Below are positions 1 to 13,044 of a stretch of 37,983 nt of DNA, piece after piece. Below the pieces are notes generated by a model, which was not told where the DNA came from, did no database searches, and saw only the letters and a list, made by a program, of their open reading frames with translations. Source of the stretch: Bigelowiella natans CCMP2755 (lineage: Eukaryota; Protista; Cercozoa); the NCBI GenBank assembly GCA_000320545.1, contig ADNK01003344.1:1-37983 (forward strand), in the 5' to 3' direction. Both the position numbers and the translations under genes were made by a program. Numbering within the stretch: position 1 is the first letter of the stretch; the number at the start of each line of letters is the position of its first letter.

Positions 1-35
1 AGGCTTATGGGGGTGTGGAGGTCGTACATGCCCCC

Positions 36-87
<52 letters not shown>

Positions 88-95
88 TTATAAAT

Positions 96-129
<34 letters not shown>

Positions 130-1623
130 CGTAGGATACGATGGTGCAGAAGTACATGTACGACCTCTACACCCCCTCCAAATACGAAATATCGGTCATT
201 GACAACGTCCTGGTACTGACACCATATATACGAACATATACCAACTGATGATGGAGTAATAGTGCGGTATTCATCGTCATCGTCACCACCAATATCATCA
301 TCCATATCATCATTGTCATCATTGATTTTCTTGTTTACGATCCCAAACGAAGACCGCAATAATCTCTCAATATTGAACGAAAGTGCCCACCATTGTTCAT
401 TGATGTCGCACGGCTGTCTCTTTCTGCAGGTGGTGCATAATATGTTGGCCAAACTAGCAATTCTCTTCGATGTGAGGACCGATCCTGTAGCCTCCCTTGC
501 GGTATGTAGGACGAGAAGAACAAAACAACGAGCAACACAACCAGCACTAGCACCAGCGCATGACATGGCCTTTCTGATGATTTAATACGCTATTCTAGTA
601 TACATTACGTGCTTGGATGCAACTCTTGGTGATGGTGATGATGATGATGATGATGATAAGTTTTGGGTGCCGTGCATGCAACAATACCTACACAAACGAT
701 AACACACAAGGAAACAATCGATTCATAACCACATGATAATATTTCATAATATATCTCAGGCCCCGTTACCGATGGCCTACGAGCAATACGAGGAGTCGAA
801 GGATGATGGTATGTGTGCATCGTGTATGTGTGTAGCAGCACTACTCACAAGCAACAAAACAAACACAAAACGCATCATCATCATATCATCATCATCATCA
901 TCATCATCACAATTCATATTTTCTGGCTGACCTCGAAATGCACCTAAACAAATGGCAGAGAACGAGAGGGCGACCAGCGGCTCTACTAACAACATGGAGG
1001 GGGACAGCACTGGACGACGACGAGGAGGAGGAGGAGGAGGGGGAGGGGGAGGAGAAAGAAAATACGACGAAAAAGTAGCACCGGCGAAAAACCAAGACAA
1101 CAACGCGCCGACACCGAAGAAGGATAACAACAACAACAACAATGATGATGATGATGATACTAGTAGACAAGTTAACGACGATGATAGAAATAGAGGAGAA
1201 AGGAAAGGAGGAAGAAGAAGATCCGATCAGGAGGAGGGGGGGGAGGGAGAGACTGGTGGTGGTGGTGGAAGTGCAGCGTCATTATCTGTAAATCGTACAC
1301 GCGCACACCACGTGCAAGAGCAGAAGTATGGACACTGGAGCTTCCTCCCAGAAAGGTGCTTGTGGCCCCATTATTCACATAGAAAAACATGTCATTGTCG
1401 TTATTGCAAAGGAGGCGATGGAAGGGGTGAGAAGGAGGGAGAAGAGAAAGAGGGAAAGGAGGGAGCACGAGTGTTATTATCAATCCCATCATCATCCACG
1501 TCATCATCATCAGGTACGTGCTAGACAGCAGCATGTTCAAGTCGGAGAATACGAATTCCTTGTGGACGATGAACCTAGATCTCAAGGTGCTGCATATATA
1601 CTAGTACCAGTAGTAATAGTAGA

Positions 1624-1663
<40 letters not shown>

Positions 1664-2293
1664 TGTAGATACTGTTTGGGGGTGGGGGGCTTGATTATTG
1701 TTTTGATGATAGCGATAAGTAAAATGGGTAACAACAACAACAACAACAACAACAGGCAATCGCACATAGTTGGCCATCCGATAAACGTCAAATGTTAGTG
1801 CATTTCCTCTTAAAGCGCCATGAAGGGTACTACTACTACTACGACTACTACTACTACTACTACTGCTATCACCTACTACAACTACTACTTCTATCTCACA
1901 GTGCTAACAATTTTACCTAGTATCTGCGATGAAATGATGAGCTTTTTATCCGTCGTCGTCGTCGCCGTCCATTAGAAACCCAAAGCAGCTGTTGCTAGCA
2001 GTGCTCTACGATATGCTGATTGACAGGACTTCCTTGTCCTCCTTGTCCCGCCTCTATGGTATTATGATGATGATCACTACCAATCCTATGTGCTGGCCGT
2101 TGGTGCATGCATGGTGATGCGTGTGGTATAAAGCACCACCATCATCATCATCATCATTATCATCGTTATCGTCGTCAGTATTGTTATTATTCTTATGGTT
2201 ATTATGAAACAGGGTCTCTAAATGCAGTGTGCTATGAGTGGCAAGTCTACAACGCGAAGAGGAGGAAATTAGGTGAGTGAGAGCTAGGGGGTG

Positions 2294-2338
<45 letters not shown>

Positions 2339-3102
2339 GTCAACGGAGGAATGGCCCCGTGAATGGAGTGCAATCCACCAAAATGATATGGAGGCTTCAA
2401 TGTCATTTTCTTTGCTAATTGATGATGATGATGATGATGATGACAACGAGAAAGGCTATAATGAACAGTTTAAATGAATGAATGATGCTCCTGCTACAAC
2501 GCACGCACACACAAATGCCGTTGGTGTGATTTTTCAGGATCTGATACGAAGAGGGATGGTAGTGTAACATCCTCGTCATCAAGCCTTAACAGCAGCTCAA
2601 CCAATGCTCTAGATACGTGGCGAGGGTATGTATGATGGTGGTGATGGTGATGATGATGAAGATGATGAAAACTCTTGTTCTCTTCCTCACTTATCACAGT
2701 TTTGCTATAGAATTGAAACAACGAGAAAGCTATCATGTTTGTATTGTGAGAGTGAATCAAGGCCTACTTTTTGGTCAAATCACATCTACTCTTGCAACAA
2801 TATAAATGTGAGTCATCACGTGTAGGTAGGGTGTCTGTATTTTCTTAAAGTTATCTCTTCTCATACTCCTCCTCCTCCTACTTATCATCATCATCATCAC
2901 CATCTATCACCATCAGGTATCAAATCGTGTCGCAGGATGATATTCTTCACTTCGTCTTCGAGGAGGCATTGCGTGCAGGGATGACACGTGCAAGCATAGT
3001 GCCATATGTCCTCGAATACGTCAGGAACGTCACGAAGAACTTCCTCAAGGTCGTCGCCACTTCTTAAAAAATCACAGAAGAGAGTTGTACTGTTACTTGA
3101 AC

Positions 3103-3143
<41 letters not shown>

Positions 3144-3296
3144 TCTTCATCATCATCATCATCATTATTATTCTTAACGGACCGTTGCCGTCCCCCCCCC
3201 CCCACCCCCCCGCTCTCTTTCTCACACACACTCACACTCATACACACACATCCTTGTTGTTGCTGTTTTCTTTACACGTTGCGGGCGTTTCTTTCG

Positions 3297-3333
<37 letters not shown>

Positions 3334-3579
3334 CTGAGTGAGCGTATGAATATGTTTCTGGTTGAGCTTCTCCTTAAGGACAAGGTAGCATCGTTTAGCA
3401 GCGTGCGCTTTGCTGGCTGCCCGAGCATTTATCGATATATTGATTGATCGATTGATTGATCGAGTGACTGATGGATTGATTTCACGCAACAACAATAGCG
3501 CTACTTTGAGCTTCACCAGTTCCTTCAGTATCACATTCTCTTGGACTCAAAGGTGTGTGCTAGCAGTATTAGTATTAGC

Positions 3580-3615
<36 letters not shown>

Positions 3616-3766
3616 TGTAGTGATGATGATGGTGGTGGTGATGATGATGGTGATTGTGCTCATCATCAAATGTATGCAATATACAACGCACAATGCAAGA
3701 TATAATATTACATTGTAATGATATATGCAACATCATCGAGAATCTGCAAAAGGATGTGGTGAGAAC

Positions 3767-3804
<38 letters not shown>

Positions 3805-4040
3805 TCCTCAGCATAATTAAATTGAATAGATAATTGAAAACACTATCTAGAACAACAGAAACCGTGTGGTCATATAAGCATTGAAACACATATCTTCTCC
3901 CTCTCTCTCTCTCTCCCCCCCTCTTTCTAGGTATTTGCTCAAAAGTTATTGGAGCTTCAGGTACTACTACTACTACTACTACTACTACTACCATGAATCT
4001 TCGTGTCTTTGCTGCCGATTAAATAAAAAATCCATTCTAT

Positions 4041-4076
<36 letters not shown>

Positions 4077-4908
4077 AATGGTAGTAGGAATAAGCTCTCA
4101 CACAACACCATCCTTCCGTGTATTTGAAAGGGATAAAAAAGCAGACAACGAGTGTAGCTGCTCCTTCCATCAAGAACACATGCTATTCATTCATTGCCTC
4201 ACCATATTTATTCCTCATTGCTTCGGTTGCACACCGTATATTTGCTGCTGCTGCTGCTGCTGCATTAATCAGGAGGAGTACCAACCAGCCTATCAACTCA
4301 GTTTAGGTAGAAACAACAAAAACAACAACAACAAACCATGCAATTCCAGCTGCTAGTGCGGGTGGTGTGTACCTCATGTTTTCACGGAGTATTTTCTATT
4401 CTATGCTCTTTGCTCTTTCCCATCATCATCGTTGTCGTGGTCATCATTATCGTCTTCTTCTTGTCGCTGTAAAGCTGCTTCTACTCGATAATGACAAAAA
4501 ATTACAAAAAAGTGTGCTTCTTCTATACCAGATATGTGGTACCGTCTCGGCGCCTTTCCTGAGATGATGCGTGTGTTGGTCAGCAAAAGACAGGTGATAG
4601 TAGTAGTTGATAGCAGCAGCAGCAGTAGTAGTAGTAGTAGTAGGAGTAGCGCGAGTGGTTGCAAGCTTTGATAATAGTGAATAATGCTCATGAATATAAA
4701 ACGACGACGAGGAGGAGGAGGAAAATGAGGTAATATCGTTGTTGTGATGATGATGATGATGATATTGTTGTTGTTGTTGTTGCTTGTGTGGCGTCGTATC
4801 AGGTTATGCAAGCTCTACAGCTCGTTACGCATCATAGTGCCGTATTTCGAGAAGAGGTAAAACATACTGCTGCTGCTGCTGCTAGTGGTAAAAACTGTTG
4901 TTCTTTTG

Positions 4909-4947
<39 letters not shown>

Positions 4948-4989
4948 CTACCGAAGTAAAAATTTATTTATTGCGACTTATCGTGACGT

Positions 4990-5028
<39 letters not shown>

Positions 5029-5808
5029 ATGCGTGCATTAATACATAAATTCTCTGTAATATTACATCGTTACATCGTTATGTCATCATTATTTATCATC
5101 ATGATCATCGTCATCACCATCGTCGATCGTTGTTATCATAATCCTCCTCCTGTGATGCTTGTGATGAACAATCTATGATTAAATCGATGATTTCAACTTG
5201 AAACAACAACTGAGGATGATGATATATGAAAACGACGAATCCACGATGAATATGAAGATGAAGATGTTAATGATACATACGATGGTGTTTGCTATGACGA
5301 TATATTGACGTGTGAAAACAGCGATGATGTAGTTGGCCTTAATTACAAAACAATCAGGGATTGAAACCTCGTGACTTTCTTCGCGCAGCATTGGACATGG
5401 GAAGATCGAGTCGTGTTACTTACTTACTATGCGTGCTCATGATGATGACGAAATGACGATGACGACGATGATCATGATGATGATGATGATGATGATGATG
5501 ATAGTATATGTCCGCTCCTTTAGTCACGCATTTAATACTAATGGAAACGCTTATACGTGAAGCAGTCTTGACATGTAGCTAAATGAGATTCTCTTCTTTG
5601 TTAAGGCACATTTTTCACGGCCTTTCGATTCTTCCAAGCACGCAATCAGGTAGTAGTAGTAGTAGTAGTAGTAGCAGAGGTGGTGTCGGTCGGTAGTAGC
5701 GGCTCCTACGATGTACAATAAACTGTTATCATTGGACTTTTCTGCTCTGCTTAGCACCCAACACCATCGACGCATGATGACCACAGACAGCTCCCCACCC
5801 CCCCCCCA

Positions 5809-5848
<40 letters not shown>

Positions 5849-6520
5849 CTCTCTCTGCATTCATAATCAGTCACGATTTGTTGATAACTTTCACTAACTT
5901 CTATGCTGGAGAACAAGCTACTACTACTACTCCTACTACTACTACTAACAATAATAATAATTAATACTAATAATCTCTTCCTTCTCCTTCACCATCAGGC
6001 CTTGCGCGGATCAGCATCGTTTTTGCCTGAAGACGAATGCGAGGAGTTTGTGCGGGTTTTCGAGCGAAATTTCAGGAGAACTGCGGAGACGTCGCTCGAG
6101 CTGAAATTGGACGCTCCTACCCCTACAGCTACCTCAGCTGTTTCTTCACCTGCCAAAGAAGAAGCAGCAGCCCCCTCTGTCATGCCCACTGAGCACCATT
6201 CTCCAACTCTCAAAGCGCCTCCGATAAAGGGCGAAGCAGCTGCTGCTACTACTGCTGCAGTTGGTGGTAACAGTGGTGGGGATCAAGAATATCAACAAGA
6301 CAGTGATGCCAAGGAGCTTGCCTATCACGACGAATTGGAAGCGGCAGGTGAGCAGAAAGGATTAGGGCAAGAAGGAGACGATGTCCACCAGGAGGAACAA
6401 TTGATAGTCGCAGCAACAGAAGAAGAAGAAGAAAAAGAAAAGGAAAAAGAACATGAAGGAGAAGAAGAGACGGGGAACGAGGTTGTGTCAGTGGATGGGG
6501 AAGGAAAGGATAGCATTTAA
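1..6520 (+). CDS. RMC1: Regulator of MON1-CCZ1 complex (RMC1/C18orf8/Mic1-domain protein); 5'-truncated, ~20 exons in window
   Basis: GT-AG splicing gives ...YEISVIDNVL|VVHNMLAKLAILFDVR...KYGHWSFLPER|YVLDSS..SLWTMNLDLK|AIAHSW..LVHFLLKR...VSQDDILHFVF..VLEYVRN...RYFELHQFLQYHILLDSK|VFAQKLLELQ|EEYQPAYQLSLD|MWYRLG...FFQARNQ|ALRGSASFLPEDECEEFVRVF, then an acidic tail to TAA at 6518-6520. These match RMC1 motifs as I recall them (DNLVVVH, LHQFLQYHVL.DSK, RNQRLRGS.F...C). Confidence 0.9.
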
Positions 6521-7645
6521 CTGCGATTAGCAAGGACTTGATCATCATGATGGGAAACCACGAACAACACCAAGATATCAAAGATATTTCGCATTACGTG
6601 TATTGAACTCTCTCAGCTATACGTCGTTACTTTAGCTGCTCATGTCTCTGTGTATGGTAACAGAGAAAACACTCACCGTGCTAGCGTGTTGGAATATGTA
6701 TTAGCTATTATTATCCATACATCTAGTTAAATACGCACTCCTGCTTACGTGTACGTAACTGCGTCGTAAAGACTCGCGAATAGGCCACACTGCTGCTTGT
6801 GCACAGTTGTCGTGCACTGTGCATGTATGTTGGGCGCTGACGGACGTCATACTTATTTCAAATCCATGATTCACGCCATCCAATACTTATTACTTTCTAG
6901 GCTTACATCATCTAGATAGACATGATTCACACCGACCGATGTACATGTTGCAATGTGTTGTTGTTGAGGGAGAGTGCGTTACGCTGCTGGCGTAGAATCT
7001 CCTCGATCCGTGCTGCATGACCAGCATTCTTCATCGAGCTAGCAATATGAGCAGGTATGTAGCGAATTGTTGATCAAACATTTTCAACGGTCATCCTGAT
7101 GCACTAATGTAGCTGTGCAATGCAGTGGCTACGCTGCGCTAATGTTGTGTCTTTTTGTCTCTACTAGTCTATTGCTCACGTGTTTTATGCATGTGAAAGC
7201 ATCTTCTCTAGTTTGCACATGCGGTGCAGTGCACATGGCTTGATCGAGCGCGATGTGCTGCATGGACATCAGCTAGATCTTCCTAATGGTGAGACTAATG
7301 AAACATCATTAAGCTTGGAGCTTTTGCTATGCAGCTGAAGGATGATGCATAGCAGATGCTAGCTTTGAACTACAAGATCGATAGACATTGTGGCACCTGT
7401 TGCTGCTGCTGCTGCTTTTACTACAGATGAGCGCATGCTACCATGCACATAGAAAGATAGCGCTCCCAGTATATAATTGTGTTGACTCTGTTTGATAAAT
7501 TTTCCCATGCATTTGCTCTTGTAGCTCGCGACAATCGCAATAGCATGCAATTTATAGCCGAAAAACTAACTACGTGGGCTAAAAATTTCACATGTTATGT
7601 TTTCTATGTACCACTTCATCAGAACTGCCAATTCGCTCAGGAATG

Positions 7646-8981
7646 TCATATTTCGTCTCGCAGAATTTTTTCTCGAATATTTGCCATCATCTTGTTCATA
7701 TAGATCATGTTGTGCAAGCTTGCAAGAGTCTGTTAGTTATAACACAAGGAAGTGTGAGGGTAATATTCTAATCACATTCGTGGAATACTCTATACCAAGA
7801 AAAGGGGCTCTTTCGCTCGCAAGAGATGATGAAGATACGATCTGGAGTTTATGTGGGATTTGAACAAGTGAGAAGTGTGAAGTATTTGAACAAGTGAAAA
7901 GTGTGAAGTATTCAAGTAGAGAAAAGTAGTGTGGACACCTGGAATATGGAATCGTTTCGAGCTTTGGGTCTATCCGATTGTAGTCTTCCTAAATAACACA
8001 AAAACACATAAATATAAATATATATATATATATATATTACGCATGAGCGTTTCTGACCTATATATGTGCTTGTATATTAGCATACCCTCGCATACATACA
8101 TCCTTACATACACGAATAGGTAGGTAGATGGATGATATACATGCTTTCACTACTACCTTGAATCTTGACAGCTTGATATGAATAATCCCATCAGTTGTAA
8201 ATAACGTGCCTATCGTATCATCATGATGATGGTATGGTGAAGATGCCGATCATGCTTCTGCATGTTTACTGATTTATCTACTACTTTGCGTGTGTACGTG
8301 TACCAGCCTGCAATGTTACATTTCCCTTCTCCCTCTCTCCCTCTCCCCCCACTCTCTCTTACCGTGTCTAGCAACACGAGTAGGGTAGGCGGAATCAAAT
8401 GTGTCACATCCTATTATTTAGTAGTGTGCAGTATCATCAATATGCATCATCAAGAGTAATTCAATACGAACGAGCAGAAGAACACTCTCCTCGCTGGTAT
8501 GTAATACTGATATGCAGGGCTTTATTCACATCAGTCGTTTGCAAGTGAATCGTGAGGCCATATTACTATCTCATCGTTACAGGAATATGTGGCGTTGTTT
8601 CGGTCTTTTTACTCATAATTATCATTATCTGAAGTCAATATAATCATGAGAGATTCGTTGTTGTTGTTGTTGTTGTTGTTACCGAAGGCCACCGTAGATT
8701 CTATTGATTCTGTATCAGCAATCCCTAGGACGACGGCAGTAGAGGAGGAAGCAGTAATTGAAGGTGGGGAGAGGAATCACAACACACAACGATTAGATCG
8801 AAGTTGCCTTGTTATCAAACTCACGTCGTTGTTGTTTTGGTCTATTTTCCATCATATATTATTCTCACTACAGGAGATAGACGATGGCTACTGATATGCA
8901 ATTATTCAGTACCAAGAACGTGATTTGGCCTGTCTTCAGGAAGGAGAGGCATGACGTATTGTAGAAGCTCAGCCTACGAGC

Positions 8982-9026
<45 letters not shown>

Positions 9027-9930
9027 GGGGGCAACAAAAGAACAACGAATACACACACGCACATGCATAATATTTTCAATCAGTGTATATATTATATGCA
9101 CACCTGTTACTTTTTACATGCCTCTTTGTAATATCACCCTCTCTTCTTCTTCTTCTTCTTCTTCTTCTTCTTCTTCTTCTTCTTCTTCTTTTAAGGACAA
9201 CAACCATCTCCTTCCTATCCTTTCCAAGACTTCCCCCAACTGCGAAACCGTCAAATGGTAGGCTTGAGAGATATCTGTTATTACAGGAGGCTGCTTATCA
9301 TCACACATCACGACAGAGGAGTAATAGCAAACAATGCTTTTTGGAAGAAGAAGAAGAAGAAGAAGAAGAAGAAGAAGAAGCAAGAATCGATGGAGGTGAT
9401 GATGTGGTAAATAACAACAACATCAACTCCTCACTCGACGCTCAGCTTCCTCAATTCCCTATCCACACCGCCGTGTATCACAGCATACCTGTTCATCAGT
9501 CATCATTTCAGCCAAATTAGAGCAGCGGTCATTTTTCAATTTGTTTGTTTTTGCGAGCGTCCGTTAGCTATTGTCTCATCATTATTATCATCATCATCAT
9601 TGTCATCATTAATTATCCATCGTCAAGTGATTGATTGACATTCATCCATCCTACATCGCTTGCTTTTGCGGGTTCTTTAGATGTTCCTGTAAGCTTCTTG
9701 CCTCCCATCGGTGAGAGAGATAAACGCTCTCTTTGAGTCTCTCTGTAGTTACATGATAGGGGGGAAGCTCGTCCAAAGGCACTATGATGTCAGCTCCAAG
9801 CATCTAATTATCAAAAATAGTAGCATCAAAGAAGAGATTCTAACATCAGGCAAGAAAGGAAGTCCAAGCACCAACCTATTCTTCGGAATAAAACCAACAA
9901 CGCTGCACGCAATAAACACACTTCATGTCC

Positions 9931-9984
<54 letters not shown>

Positions 9985-10197
9985 TCACACACATGAACAC
10001 ACCTTTTGAGCTCTCACGCTTTCTTCCGGCGTCAATGATATCTTAGATCCATCAAAATACGAGCGGAAAAGGACCCCATTCTCAGAGACCTTGTTGTTGT
10101 TGTGTGTAAGAATCAACGAATAATCGTATCGAAGTACAGCATAGGCATACACTGTTTAGAATTTTAACCAATACTATTCATCTTCTCGTTACAAAGG

Positions 10198-10233
<36 letters not shown>

Positions 10234-10523
10234 CGGCTTCTAACCAACAAAATTAGTTACTTTGAGCAAAGATCCGGTAGAGCGTTTGTTTCCCCTGCTT
10301 TTCAACTCATCGCCTAATTATGATAGACAGAATGAATCAGAAGCAACAATGTTCGAAAACAATGGTGCAAACATGATTGAAAGGAGAAAGCTGTAGCTAT
10401 ACAATGAGAAGCATCAACGATGGAGATATTCATCATCCATCGCTCACATTCTTTCTTCTTTCTCCTTCGTCCTATAAATTCGTCGAGAATTAGCGTAACT
10501 TTTATTTGTTGTTGTGTTGTCAA

Positions 10524-10563
<40 letters not shown>

Positions 10564-10748
10564 CATATACTGTTGTAATTAGGATTCCTCACCATCTTCT
10601 GACGTTGCATCAGCTAGAGAGAATACCTGAAACCCTCCTGATTGATGATTGTATCATCACATTTCATTAGAGTAAAACGAATAGGAATTAAAGAAAGGGA
10701 GGAGGACGAATATATTTTGGCGATACAGAGTTGCACACAAACGCACAC

Positions 10749-10792
<44 letters not shown>

Positions 10793-11103
10793 TCTAAGAG
10801 GTGAAATATGATTGTGCTGCTGCTTGCTGTTGCTAGTCCTTAGTTAGTGCGACCACTATCGGTGATGATAGGACCAGAACGATTCATGAATCTATGCAAT
10901 CCACCCTGATGATTGATGATGATTGATGATCATGATGATGAGCATATCAGCAGCAGCAGCAGCAGCAGCAGTTAGGCGATTATCATTATTTGCAATTTTC
11001 ATGTGTCAGAATTTATATGTATTTACATGTGTGTGTGTATATGATAATTGACTTTTACAAAGAGAGAAAGAAAGGGCATGATGAAGGAGCATGTGTGATT
11101 ATT

Positions 11104-11151
<48 letters not shown>

Positions 11152-11680
11152 GTTGCTGCCGGCTATCATTGCAGCTTTCCTTATGTATAAATATGAAGTC
11201 ACTCTCCCACGTTGATTTGGATGCCGATTATTACCATCATCATCATCATCATTATCATCGTCATCATCATCATCGTCATCATCATCATCGTCATCATCAT
11301 CACCGCTTTCTCCACCACATTAGCGCCAGGATGCACTATTAAATGATACCTGACAACAAGCACGATACGAATGATAAGCAAACACAAGATTCCTTCTCTT
11401 TACCATGAAGAAGAAGAGGAGGGAGAAGAAGAAGAAGAAGAAGAAGAAGTAGGTGTAGAAACTACTATTGAATGATGCTTTGTAGATGATGATCATTCAA
11501 TATAGGAGAAGGAGAATAGAAGTAACCGTGGTTACATCTCAAGATTTCCCACTTGGACGATTAATTAATGCCGTCACAGCAGCAGCAGCAGCAGTAGCAG
11601 CAGCAACAGCAGCAACAGCAGCAACAACAACAACGACAACTACAATACATCGCCATTTCTACTACTTATTCTTCTCTTGC

Positions 11681-11716
<36 letters not shown>

Positions 11717-11897
11717 GTTGCTTATTCCGCTTCGTAATAAATAAACAACAATGCAAATTACGTGTTGCAGAACATGAGCTGAGTGCCCGCGTTTCTACTC
11801 TGGTCATTATCAACTGCCTGTTGTTGTTGTTGTTGTTGTTGTTATGGAATCAGTGATAAAAATTTAATTGTTATCTAGAGTCCTTGAGTGCGCAGTA

Positions 11898-11932
<35 letters not shown>

Positions 11933-12324
11933 CATTGGTAGTAGTGGTAGTAGTATCTCGATGTGACATGGCTAACTATCAGTGTTTGATCGTGCTTGCC
12001 CTACAGAAAGAGTAAGCTGAGTACATATGATATAATAATAACAACAACCTATTTGATCTTACCACGTGGATCATCATCTTCCTCACCATCATCATCATCA
12101 TCATCATCAGAGAACTACGTTTTCTTCTTCTTCTTCTTCTTCTTCTTCTTCTTCTTCTTCTACTACTACTAGTAGTAGTAGTAGTACTTTGAGAGCTGCA
12201 TTTGTTCCCACGGGCACGAAACCAGGAGTATCAATGATTCCATGGGGTGTGTGTATCCTGTTTAGTACCAATACAAATAGGAATTTAGTTGCCAACGAAA
12301 CATTCCTATATCCACACCTTGCTT

Positions 12325-12370
<46 letters not shown>

Positions 12371-13009
12371 TCTCTCTGCCCCTCCTGCTCTCGATCAAGC
12401 AGACACAGCAAGAGAAATCTGATAAAAGTCTTTTCCTCCTCCGTTGAATCTTCTACGATTACTGTAAAACATCCACCGCAGCAGAGAGCTGGAGTACGTA
12501 TGGGGGGGGGGAGAGGGGGAGAGGATTTGACACTATACCTTCCTACTCGTGCTCTTGACCCAGGCTTTTTAGATCGATGAATCTGGATATCGATTCGAGG
12601 TTAAGTTGTTGGCCAACACTGAACAATTACTTAGTAGACGACATCATCTCAACTAACAATCAGCACCATATATGTATATAATTGGTCGTCATGGAGATTG
12701 CTGAATAACATAGGTGTTGAATACCACATTTTTTTTAAGGAATTGCGAGCAGCAGCCAAAAATACGCTCTACCTACCAGCTCATATCGGAAGTAGCTCTT
12801 TTGATTAAATGGTGGAAACGTCTCTGGAGAGGGAGGCTCTTTAAGACGACCCCGGCGTCCTCGTTCTCCTCCTGTAGCAGCAGCAGCTACTCTCCCTTGG
12901 ATATCATCGTCGTCGTCCATGCTGCTGCCGTTGTTGTTGTTGTTGTTACAACCAACACCACCTACTCGTTTACCATCTCGACGAATTTTATAACTCCTGA
13001 ATCATTGTA

Positions 13010-13044
<35 letters not shown>

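Noticed and set aside
8410-8650. Possible intronic snoRNA in a repeat-poor tgt intron
   Set aside because: No properly spaced C/D or H/ACA boxes with a terminal stem found by eye; a cmscan search would be needed
8420-9930. Apparent plus-strand exons (e.g. MATDMQLFSTKNVIWPVF)
   Set aside because: Phases do not join into a coherent protein; the minus strand encodes unambiguous TGT motifs
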